From Octopus sinensis (Eukaryota): 21,373 bases of DNA. Below, one piece after another: positions 1 to 9,578 of the stretch (positions are counted from its first letter, which is position 1; every line of letters starts with the position of its first letter). Under the pieces are notes generated by a model, which was given only the letters and a program-made list of their open reading frames with translations, made no database searches and was not told the DNA's origin. Position numbers and translations under genes: made by a program. The stretch is from positions 1-21,373 of the forward strand of contig NW_021823794.1 in the NCBI RefSeq assembly GCF_006345805.1, in the 5' to 3' direction.

Positions 1-27
1 AAAATGCCATTTTTACTAAGGAAATTC

Positions 28-1531
28 CATTGCTCGCCAAATTCTCTTACTCGCCACGTATAGATTACATGGAATCTATTGGAGTTTGCCTTAATGATGA
101 GATAATTTGTCGAAAGCAACTGAAATTGCTGCGTTTTTAAACGGTCTCTTCGAATTTAAAGCCAGTAAAGGATGGCTTGAAAAGTTCAAAAAAGGCACAA
201 TGTAAAACTAAGAAGTTTTCATGGTGAATTGGGATATACTGCGGATGAGTTCAAAGACCAAATCGAAGACTTTAAAAAAATTATCTCTTCTAAAATAAAT
301 GAATATGGTTCAGAAAATGTTTATAATGCCGACGAAACCGGCGTAATTTACAAGACCATTCCATCAAAAAGTGTCTGCAGGAAACGCCGACCAGGACAAA
401 ATTACTTAAAGATAGGTTTAACATTTTTAGCCAATTTTCAGTTTTCATTAATGCTTTGCGCAAATATGACTGGATCCGATAAAAGAACCCTTTGATGAGT
501 TCGGGCAGTTTAAGAAACCAAGGTGTTTTAAAAACTTGAACGTTGATGAATATTTACAATACCGGAATTCTTCAAAGGCTTGGATGAACATGGAAATATT
601 TAACGAATGGTTGTTATAATTGGACCAAGACTCTCAAACAAAAACAAAAAAAGATACTTTTGGTTGTAGACCATTGTCCTTCGCATAGAATAACAATCGA
701 ATTAAGTATGATAGAAGTTTTATATTTACCAAAAAACACGACTACTGTGCTTCAACCGATGGATCAAGGAATCATTAGATCATTCAAATCTCATTTCAAC
801 AAATTTAAATTTAAACATATAATTGAACAAATAAACTACGGTAACGCAACTATTGAATGCTATAAAAAATTAACCCTGAAAGATGCAGTCTTATTTTCTT
901 ATCTAGCCTGGAAAGATGTGTCAGTGGATACAATATCAAAATGTTTTCACCACGCCAAATGGGAAAACAGAATTGAAGAACCTATTATGGGAGACCATAA
1001 AATAAAAAATTTCGAACAAATTATAGAAAAATTAATGATCACAGATCCCATAAAAGAGGAGGAGTTTATAGACTTTACGTACTCTGAAAATGACGAACTT
1101 CATGAATTGTTCAAAACAACAAACTATGAAAATAACGATGAAAATGCAATTTTAGACAGTTCAATTACTGAAGATTGTGAAAGAAACAACTGTATTACAC
1201 ATCGAGATGCGATAAAATGTTTGTTTCGACCTCAAAAAATATTTTTCACATGACGATAATTTTGATGTGATATGCTAGAAAGTATATTAAAAATGCAAAA
1301 AAATATAGAGAAAAGATCATACAAAAAAACTATAAATGATTACTTTACTTAAAATTTTGGTTTTTTAAATAAATGTTTCGGCTATTTATTTAAATGTTTA
1401 GATAGTTAAAAATTATAGAAATTTTTTGTTGATAGAAAAATAGGATATTGATTATTTCTCTTACTCGCCAAATTCTCTTAGTCGCCAATTTTGGCTTGGT
1501 CCAAAAATGACGAGCAATAGAGGGAAGACTG
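28..1531 (+). mobile_element. pogo/Tigger (CENP-B/DDE_1) DNA transposon, disrupted; right TIR ends at 1531 followed by TA
   Basis: Manual translation of 69-1352 across frameshifts gives FKASKGWLEKFKK(RH) (Tc5 HTH), VYNADETG, KDRF..LMLCANMTG, KKPRCFKN, KAWMN..IFNEW, LLVVDHCPSH, YLPKNTT..LQPMDQGII and a C-terminal KTINDYFT*. The right end reads ...GAGCAATAGAGGGAAGACTG|TA. The subterminal motif CTCGCCAAATTCTCTTA recurs near 33-50 and 1463-1480. There is an in-frame TAA at 617-619, and the N-terminal HTH is missing. Confidence 0.92.
416..441 (+). other. Candidate 26-nt GT-AG intron inside the pogo transposase
   Basis: GTTTAACATTTTTAGCCAATTTTCAG sits between KD(R) and FSLMLCAN. Removing it restores the conserved KDRF-x-LMLCAN spacing, provided two single-base losses in nearby runs are accepted. 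Confidence 0.5.
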
Positions 1532-1649
1532 TATTATGATTATAAAATGCAATAATTTGTCCTTTCAGGAAATCTGAAAGGTGACTCGTCTTTGACTATA
1601 CATTTTTAGCTTCTTTTCAACGACTTTTAGATCTAAAAAGTTTTTTGAT

Positions 1650-2200
1650 TAATTGTCAATTTTAAAATTAACGTTTCTGTGATGATTGGATCGTTAAAAT
1701 CTCTTCTAAACAACATATTGATATTGTTTACTGCTCCTACAAAAACATCATTACTCAGAAAGTCGACGATGCACTTCGAAATAATTTGGCAAAATTTCCT
1801 TTTGTTAATTTCGGATTCTGAAAATCATATGAAATCAGGTAAACTTTTATGCTTATATTTTAGCTGTAAAATACTTAAAAATCTTTACACCAAATTATTC
1901 CATGTCAGATGTGCCGTTCATCTATTATACAATGCTGTGAGAAATAAGAGACTCTAACTGGAATTGATTCAATGATAGCTACTGTACAAGCTGCAACTAT
2001 CAGGAACAATAGAAGAAAATTAATATTCAAAGACAGAAACATCATTTCATTTCGTGTGCATTTGACAAGATGGGGTTCCTGGCATAAGTACGCTACATAC
2101 TATTTAGAAAATCTGATCGGAATGATTTTGTTGAGTCACTCGCTGTATTTGGTCCAGTGTATGAAAGATCTGTTTTGTTATGGAGGACGTGGTCAACGTT
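1650..2200 (+). mobile_element. Degenerate hAT-family (DUF659-like) transposase fragment
   Basis: FLLLISDSENHMKSG...LYTKLFHVRCAVHLL resembles the SDAAPYM..AG..L...YP..HVTC.AH motif. HLTRWGSWHKYATYY resembles the LTRWG(T/S)W..A.YY motif. Contains stops and frameshifts. Confidence 0.7.
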
Positions 2201-2369
2201 GAGTATAAGGATATTCTGCAAGTGCGGACAAGTCACTTTGATGTGATTATTAGGTTAGTATTGTAGAGAAGAGTTGTTGTGTGAGATCTGTGAGTGATGT
2301 GGCATGTGCAAGTACTGCCTTTCTTTCAAAAGTACGAGTTTCTTCTTTATTCTATACCAAAAAAACTTT

Positions 2370-2495
2370 AATTTATAATTGGCAACTTCAATTTTATAAT
2401 CAACAAGATCGATTTTATAGTTGACAACCTCAATTTTATAATTGGCAACTTTAATTTTAAAATTCGTAAGTTCAATTTTATAATTTACAATTGAA
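2370..2495. repeat. Degenerate 21-bp tandem array, 6 units (consensus ~ATTTTATAATTGGCAACTTCA)
   Basis: Units start at 2370, 2391, 2412, 2433, 2454 and 2475. They explain the NYKIEVA heptads of ORF 2255-2506. Confidence 0.9.
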
Positions 2496-2639
2496 CAAAT
2501 CGACAACGTATAAAATTAGAGAAAAAAATGAAAAATGGGCGTTATTTTAAAATTGGACTTTTTTCATGTAAATTGGACTTGGAAGTTTGCGCTGAATTTG
2601 CGCTATAAAGTCAAACACATTTTTGAACAGTGTTTTCTT

Positions 2640-2960
2640 CAATAATTCTCTCAAGACACCGTAAGCGATATTCTTTTCGTGTCAAGTCCGTTTGACTATT
2701 TTTAAGATGAATAGAATATGATTTGATAAATCTTTATCACTCCTGTCTTTAAAATTGACCATGAATTTTCAATTGGGTGATTATAGGCGTATATGGCACC
2801 AATCGAAGAATTCGATGCATTCTTCCAGTCGTAAATGGCTAGGGGGATTGTCAATTATAACCGGAGTTGTTTATTCCATAGGCCTTGAGAAGACAGTTCC
2901 TGACACTTGTACTCGGCATCAAAAAATTTGATTAAATGCCGTATATTTGATATGAGGGGT
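2640..2960 (-). mobile_element. Degenerate Tc1/IS630-type (DDE_3) transposase C-terminal remnant
   Basis: The minus strand gives PVIIDNPPSH...RL and, after a frameshift, YNHPIENSWSILKTGV. This matches the DN(A)xxH...(Y)SP..NPIE..W..LK signature. Confidence 0.55.
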
Positions 2961-3501
2961 TCCTATTAGGTACTATCAATTATAATTTTGTGATTAAATT
3001 ATTGTTTTATTTTTTTCTATTTATCCCACTTAATAATTTTTTAATAAACATTTTTTACACGTGATTATTTGTGGCGTTTGGTTGTATATATCTTTTATAG
3101 TTTTTTTACTTATTTTAATAGAGATTAAATGAATTATGACTTTTAAAATCCCTAGTAACTAGGGATTATATAAGTTAATTGTGTATTCATACATTCATGT
3201 TTAATCTTTATTGATATTCCATTTGTATAATTCATAATTTATATGAAACAGTTCTATTTATACCTGTTTTAATTTTATTATTTATTTCTATCTCGTTTTT
3301 CCTTTTCTATATTTTACCTGCATTTGATTTGTTATGTCTGATATCTATATATCTTGTTGGTGTTGTATATTCTTTGTATATTTCTACCTCCTTGTCCGCT
3401 AATACTTTTGGCAAGGGGGAATTCTTTCTAATTCATCTCTCTGCCCAATTTGAGATCTTTGTTTTTCTAATGACTAGGGCAACCGGAAAGTTGCTCTTAA
3501 A

Positions 3502-3773
3502 TATTATTATTAGCACTTCCGTAGGAACATTCACAAGGAAAGGAAAGAGTATATTCCCACAGTGCCACAACACGATACAATCTTCTTAACCATCGTTGCC
3601 ATCCTCTGCGGTTTTGTGCAAGCCATCGCAGTTCGTCCAAGTCCTCGCATTTCAGAGTTTTGCCCACGTGTTTCAGATCGTGTTCCAGCGCGACCGGCAG
3701 TGTTGTGCGGGGACGTCCGCGAAACTTTGGGCTATCGAGAGAAAGTACTCTTCCATGGCTTGGTAAGCAGGTG
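3502..3773 (-). mobile_element. 5'-truncated LINE (RTE/L2-like 3' end), 272 bp, (TAA)n tail, 14-bp target-site duplication
   Basis: The direct repeat AAGTTGCTCTTAAA is at 3488-3501 and 3774-3787. The minus strand ends ...GTGCTAATAATAATA. The peptide GRPRTTLP..LEHDL..VG....DL..LR..AQNR..W is typical of LINE ORF2 C-termini. Confidence 0.88.
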
Positions 3774-3882
3774 AAGTTGCTCTTAAAATGTAAAAAATTG
3801 ACCTTAAAAGTCAACTAAATTGCTTTTGGTCTGAACGAGGCGGGGTCGCAGGGGTCTTTATTGGGCTTCAAAATTGGAATTA

Positions 3883-3945
3883 CAGTCTAACCTCTTTTTG
3901 GGGCACCTAGTGCCACAAAAACAGGGGTTTCCCCAGATAGAGGGG
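3883..3945 (+). mobile_element. Isolated pogo-type terminus (TA|CAGTCTAACC...) with an internal hairpin
   Basis: Same family as the end at 14460 (CAGTCTAACC...TGGGGCACC-AGTGCC-CAAAAA-C-GGGG). TTTTTGGGGCAC/GTGCCACAAAAA forms a near-perfect inverted repeat. Confidence 0.7.
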
Positions 3946-3979
3946 TTTTCTAATATTAACGAAAAAAACTAACGTTTTG

Positions 3980-5322
3980 TTAATTTAAAACCAAAAGATG
4001 TTTATCACTTTCTAGCGTACATATGTCGCCTTCCCTCTTGATGATCGTGTACTTTTCCATGTGTAATCCGTCATATAAAGGATATTGCCTTACATTCGCA
4101 TCATTTTCTTGTCTAAATAAATTACATGTTTAAATATTGTAACCTAATTATTACCTCCCCTCCTATGCATAAAGGTTCTTCGTCGTACTTCCATCTTCGT
4201 CTCTGTGCCATTTTTTCCGCAGCTTGTAAAATATTTGAGTATGCTTTTTGTCTTGAATTCGTTAGATCATCAAATTTTTCAGTGACACAGTAGAGTTGTT
4301 CTAATTCTTCATCACTCGTTCTTATTGGAAATTGCATTTTCATAAAGATGTAGAATGGGATATTCCGTGTAGTAGAATGAACAGTATTGTTGTAGTCAAA
4401 TATGATGTCTTTGATAATATCGCAGTATTGTCCAAAATGTCCATCTGAATAACTTTTGGAAGATATCCACCTTTTTATACTTTGATTGAGCCTATAAACA
4501 TTTACATTTAGTCAAATTATAACCTTTCTACCTGACCTTGAATCCAGGGAGCCCTTGGTCTTTCTCGTACATGCTTTATGTTGTACTTTTCACAAAGCCG
4601 AATCATATGGGCATTACAAAATTCCTTGCCGTTGTCCGTATGCAGTATTAATGGAGGCCCCACGTATAAAAAAACTTTTTGAAATAGAGATGTAATTTCA
4701 GCGGAGCTTTTTGAATAAGCTAACTCGACCATGGCATATTTCGAAAAAGAATCAACAATAACAAGAATCTAATCGTTTAAGAGAAGGCAAATACCCAATT
4801 AAATGAGTCATTAATTTCCGAATATCTTCGGAGATCGACCAGATCGGCGATATACCGGTCTCTACTTCTTCTTGCAATTATCGGCGTAATAGGTGGCTTT
4901 GTTGCTAATGCCTTTTTAGACTAAAAATATAGGAAAAATCGTTACCTGACAAGGGACACATTGGGAAATGACTTGATTTATTTCGTTTCTTGTAATTCCA
5001 TAGTAGCGTGATCTGAGCTTAGAAAATAAGCGATCTCTACCAAAGTGATTAATATTGTGTTCAACCTATTGATATTGTATTCAAATACATACCTCAACAA
5101 ATTTGCGTCTCAATTCAGTTTCATCCGTACAAAAAAAACGTAATTTTAGATTATTGTGCCAAATGAATGGCGTTTCGCCTTCAAAAACAAATGATATAGC
5201 CAATTTTGCTAGCCTAAATCGTTTCATCCGAGACGATGAATCCTCCTAAAGAAGAGCACAGGGTTTTCTTGAAATTCTTTGATTTTCTGTAGGGATTCTT
5301 TTGTTATTTGCACTAAACGCAT
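3980..5322 (-). CDS. Ginger/TDD-like Gypsy-type integrase (HHCC zinc finger + DDE core + C-terminal extension), 6 exons, ~400 aa, one frameshift near 5246
   Basis: Exons are 5322-5093, 5065-4946, 4920-4795, 4768-4524, 4491-4144 and 4112-3980. Introns are 5066-5092 (27 nt), 4921-4945 (25), 4769-4794 (26), 4492-4523 (32) and 4113-4143 (31), all GT-AG. The spliced product contains EHNINHFGRD..LRSRYYGI....I...ISQCVPCQ, RYIADLVDL, WILVIVDSFSKY, LHTDNGKEF, RPRAPWIQGQVERLNQSIK and YNNTVHSTT..PF. No RT, RNase H or gag sequence is adjacent. Confidence 0.9.
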
Positions 5323-5421
5323 TATACACACTTGATAAAATGATTAAAATTTATTCATAATTTATCAATATTTATAGATATATTATTGTTTTACGTATTT
5401 TTAATTTTTTTTGTCTACATG

Positions 5422-5461
5422 CGTAACGCTTCCGGCGCCGTAACGCTTCCGGACTGCGACA
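5422..5461 (-). mobile_element. Candidate Ginger-type terminus upstream of the integrase (minus strand begins TGTCGCAGT, then two 17-bp-period repeats)
   Basis: CGTAACGCTTCCGG occurs at 5422-5435 and 5439-5452, and the plus strand ends ...CTGCGACA at 5461, about 140 bp upstream of the integrase ATG. Ginger elements are known to end 5'-TGT...ACA-3'. No matching second TIR was found. Confidence 0.6.
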
Positions 5462-5470
5462 TAATTTATC

Positions 5471-5903
5471 AGTAATACTTTTAACTAAATTAAAAAAATA
5501 AATCGAAAATTTTTTTTAGGGAGAGGAGGTCATGGAAGTGAGGACCACATCTTCGGGGACTTTCTCAGTAACGCTTTTAACTTAATTAAAAAAAATAAAT
5601 CGAAAATTTTTTTTAGGGAGAGGAGGTCGTGGAAGTGAGGACCACATCTTCAAGGACTTTCTAAGTAATGCTTTTAACTGAATTGAACAAAATTAAGTCG
5701 AAAATTTTTTTAGGGAAAGGAGGTCGTGGAAGTGAGGACCACATCTTCAAGGACTTTCTAAGTAATGCTTTTAACTGAATTGAACAAAATTAAGTCGAAA
5801 ATTTTTTTAGGGAAAGGAGGTCGTGGAAGTGAGGAACACATTTTCGGGGACTTTTTCAGTAGCACTTTTGACTAAATTGAAAAAATAAGTCGAAAAATTT
5901 TAG
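5471..5903. repeat. ~97-bp tandem array, about 4.5 units
   Basis: Units start near 5471, 5567, 5664, 5761 and 5858. Each full unit is AGTAA..CTTTTAACT.AATT(A)n..TCGAAAA(T)nAGGGA.AGGAGGTC.TGGAAGTGAGGA.CACAT.TTC..GGACTTT; units 3 and 4 are nearly identical. Confidence 0.95.
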
Positions 5904-7136
5904 TTGGTTAATGTTTTCAAGTGATCAGTTGGCCTTATCAGCCCGGACACTATGACATACGACAATAATTATTTTTTGTCACTTTAATAATTAAATTATA
6001 TATTTGTAATATTTTCAGCTAATTCTTTTATTTCAAAAACTGGAATTTTTTTTTTAAACCAAAATTTTAATTATAAAAACAACAATTAATTTCCCAATAG
6101 GATTATGTTTATGGTAGATATGTAGCCTGGCGGAAAACTGGAATTAAATATGTACACCAAAAACGACGTTGATAGATAGTACGTGGTGTGTGTCCATTTG
6201 AGACTTGGGAATCTCTTCCGATATGCAATTCCCTACAAGCAAGATTTCTTTTCTATAGTCCTGGGGTACAACAAGATTCATTTATTTAAGAGCATACGCA
6301 AGTGATGTCTTACGGTTTTCTGTACTATAAACGGTTTTCTGCACCATTTTCATGTTAATTTACTAATTTAGCATTTTTAGAACGACATTTTAACGGAACT
6401 TTACTTCTACGTTTTATTACTGTGTAGACCTCTGGTTTGTACGTTGTCTAACGATGCAATAAAAATAGTATACGCCTTCATTAATCAAACCGCGGTTGAT
6501 TCTTAGAATTCCAGAATAATCTAGAATGTTCCATCACCATATTTAACAGCTCCCGTTTAACTCTTCTTGCAGATCTTGTGATTCTTGGTTTTTAATTTGT
6601 GATAAGAAAAGATTTTGGATCTGCTCACTCGAATCCGTTTGAATCTCATTTGGGGCTATTTTCTTTTTTTCTCATGAATTAAATTTTTACTTTTACTAGA
6701 ACAACTATAAAATATACAATAAATTCTAGAAAATGATCGAAATACCATAAAAATTCAAATAGACAATAGAACATTATGAGAGAATTAAATTTAAAGTAAA
6801 AATTCTTATGAATGGAGATTAATTAATTGATAAAATGAATACAAATTCACTTGCAAAATAATTTTATCCAGGATATTTTACCAGTAGTCAAATTAATTAA
6901 TCTTCAAAAAAATAAATAAAACAAAAATATTAAACAATAAAACATTAATAGCAAGAAAAAATGAAATAAAAATTAACAACCAGAACCACAACAGAAGAAA
7001 AAAACAACGTGCATAACACGTGCTAATTTATTTTTATTTGATAAATCACGTGATAATTTCGATGTCCATTGACCAATAAAGAGGTTAGCTAAGTTTGGCT
7101 GTACACGTCACTGATTAAAATATTTGTACGCATTCA

Positions 7137-7851
7137 GTGTTTTCTCGACCAGAAAATCAGGTTTGTAAATTATGGGAATATTTTAGCATTGAGTGTATTC
7201 CCAGGCAATGCGATATCCTTTTGGTTACTTTTGAGGAACTTGTCGAGTCTGGGGTTCCCAGAGATCTTACATTTTATAAAATGCTAATCATTTGGTCGAA
7301 AAATGTATTTGGACTGTTGTTGAATTTTGCGGAAGTTCAAATCGCCAATATTGTTGATGGATTGCTATATTTTATTACTGCTGTTTTTGGAGTTATTCTT
7401 GAAATGTTTGGAAAAGGCGAATTTATGAGTTGTGACTTGGAATTTATTTCGACGGTTTTGAATTTGAATGTTGACATTTCACGTCGATTTGAACTTTCCT
7501 GCCACTTCCAAAAATATATGGCACTTTTGGGGAATTTAAATTACGAAATAATGGCCAACTATACACAAATTGTCTCTTTGTGTACCACTAAAACACATAC
7601 CGGTAATTTTAATTAATAAATTTAGCTATCGACATAAATGTGTACAGGAAAGGCAGAACAAGTTCTATGAGGAGTTTGGGGAGAGAATTGACGAGGCGAA
7701 CAAATGTTTGGAGATGAATTGTGCTTGGAAGGGTGCTTTGTTCGTTTCGTGTGATAAACTGGCTGTATCTGTCGCCGATTTGGTGAATTGCCTGTATGCC
7801 TGCTCATTCGCACACTTTATTGAGATCTTCACTAATGTTGGGGTCCGTTAA
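7137..7851 (+). CDS. Hypothetical host protein, probably spliced (candidate 23-nt intron 7603-7625); 5' exon(s) unresolved
   Basis: Two long overlapping stop-free frames are separated by GTAATTTTAATTAATAAATTTAG; joining them needs one extra base. A CAG acceptor lies at 7135-7137. No family recognised. Confidence 0.5.
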
Positions 7852-8243
7852 TACATCCGACCATGCGATAATACCAAATACAATAAGGATTTAATTAATA
7901 GCTTCAGAGATTTTTTTGTTTAATATCTTTTGGGTTTTGTTTGCCTTTTTTATTACATAGTATCTAAATATACATTTAAATAACTCCTAAATGTCAAAAT
8001 AATCTTTTAAATCGCTTATAATAAATAATTTGTTGTGCCAATTGGCACATAAGATTGAATTTGATAAATTAAACATTAAAATTATTATAAAAATAAGTAA
8101 AATACTATTTTTTACATATAATTTATGTCTGCTATTTACTTTTTCCTTTTAATTCAAAGTGGGTCCCTCGCCTCCCTGGGGGTCCCAACAACCTGTCCTA
8201 ATACAAATTAATTCAACATAAAAATGCCTTAATATTTATTATA

Positions 8244-8544
8244 ATGAACAACCCTCAATTAATTTTTGAGAAAAAGAGCATCATACAGAGCAGACTTCAA
8301 AAGTTGAGTTCAGTTAACACGCGACAAATATTGGATATCAGTCCGAATACTATTAACAGATGTCTATGACTTTTACTACAAAGTAAAACAAATTGTAAAA
8401 ATTCCAGGAAGGCAAAATATTGACGTCAATATTGAACTAGAGAAAAAATATGCTAATAATTTTCGACGATTAAAAATGGAAATCGATGATATGATACCAT
8501 TTTTCAGGATGAACTACGATTTTCAGTTTGTTATTTTAAATTAA
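8244..8544 (+). CDS. Possible small hypothetical gene immediately upstream of STX18
   Basis: An ATG-initiated frame is followed by a second ~60-codon open frame (LTDVYDFYYKVKQIVKIPGRQ...). They can be joined by a short GT-AG intron ending at ...GGATATCAG or by a frameshift. No family recognised. Confidence 0.3.
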
Positions 8545-8568
8545 ATCCATTTTAAATCGTATAACTAT

Positions 8569-9513
8569 ATGGTTGATGTTTCTTTGTTCTACAAATCAAC
8601 AGTAAAGGCCCTAAAATACAAACCAATATTAACCAAAAAGACAAGAGTATAATCCAGACGCTCATGAACAAATAATGAAAATATTTCAACTCTTGTAAAA
8701 GCATATAAACTAGTTTAGAACAGCTGTCTCCAATCTATTAGAGATCTCTTGCTCGAATATAATCAAGAATCTCTCAAATGTCATGAAATTATGGACTTTT
8801 CGACTAAACTGCAAAAATATGACGAAAAACTGACTAAATATTTAACTAAATACAAACAATTGAGCGACACAATTTCTAAATCAAATGGAGAAACCGCATG
8901 TTTGGTATTTTTTTTGCAGAAAACTACGTAAAAGGCACTTTAACCAATTTATTTTAGAATGTCTTAAATTATACGAACATTACAGAAACTCAGTACTCAA
9001 TGAATTATACAGATTTGATAAAATGTATTTTTAATGTTATATTTCTAAGAACAAGATTTGATTCGGTTTTCCACAAAACAAATAAAAACAAATTTTCTTT
9101 CAGTGCTAAAAACGTGGATAAAATGGAGGATTTATGTCCTCAGGAGTTAGAACAGGTGATTAGTGAATTCTGACAAAAAAGTTACAAGAAGAGAACGAGT
9201 TGCTGTTTCAAGGACTGAAAACGGTGGATGATGAGATAACTATGGCTGAACGGGCCATTTGTAAAATTGGAAGTTTGATGGATTTGATGGCGTGTTGGAC
9301 CGATCAGCAGAAAAGTCAAATGGAAAGGATTTTGGAGAATTCTGAGGCCACCGAAGAGGATTTGAGGTGTGGGAATAGGGATATGAAAAAGGTTGGCTGT
9401 TTTTTGTGTTTGAGTAGGCTTCCGTCAGTCAAACCACTCGTCGAATCAACTTTTTGATGGTAATTATCATGATGACTTTTTCCGTCATTTTTTTACATTG
9501 GTATAATCCTTGA
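8569..9513 (+). CDS. STX18: Syntaxin-18 / Ufe1 ER Qa-SNARE, multi-exon, with apparent single-base frameshifts in the 5' half
   Basis: N-terminus MVDVSLFYKSTVKALK, then IRDLLLEY and ECLKLYEH. The SNARE region is EDLCPQELEQ|LQEENELLFQGLKTVDDEI...QQKSQMERI...ATEEDLRCGNRDMKK|A, and the tail anchor ends INFLMVIIMMTFSVIFLHWYNP*. All are colinear with animal syntaxin-18 as recalled. Introns are 9025-9049 (25 nt), 9156-9181 (26), 9392-9417 (26) and probably 8695-8718 (24); the junction near 8905-8960 is unresolved. Confidence 0.88.
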
Positions 9514-9578
9514 TTTGCGTTGTTACTACTGTGCGTCTAGTTATCAAGGTGACCAAACTAATGTGTTATACTTATATA

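Noticed and set aside
2255-2506. Coiled-coil/heptad protein NYKIEVA
   Set aside because: A by-product of a stop-free 21-bp DNA repeat; no supporting gene structure.
4024-4040. TGTCGCC as the partner TIR of the integrase element
   Set aside because: It lies inside the last coding exon (GGC GAC ATA), matches only 6 bp, and there is no TSD.
5471-5903. CRISPR array
   Set aside because: Contiguous ~97-bp units with no unique spacers, no cas genes, and a eukaryotic intron-containing context.
6405-6425. TA|CACAGTAATAAAACG as a Transib/RSS-like end
   Set aside because: Short match only, with no partner, TSD or transposase homology nearby.
7005-7055. Clustered CACGTG E-box motifs as a promoter
   Set aside because: Two 6-mers with no transcript start evidence; cannot be distinguished from chance.
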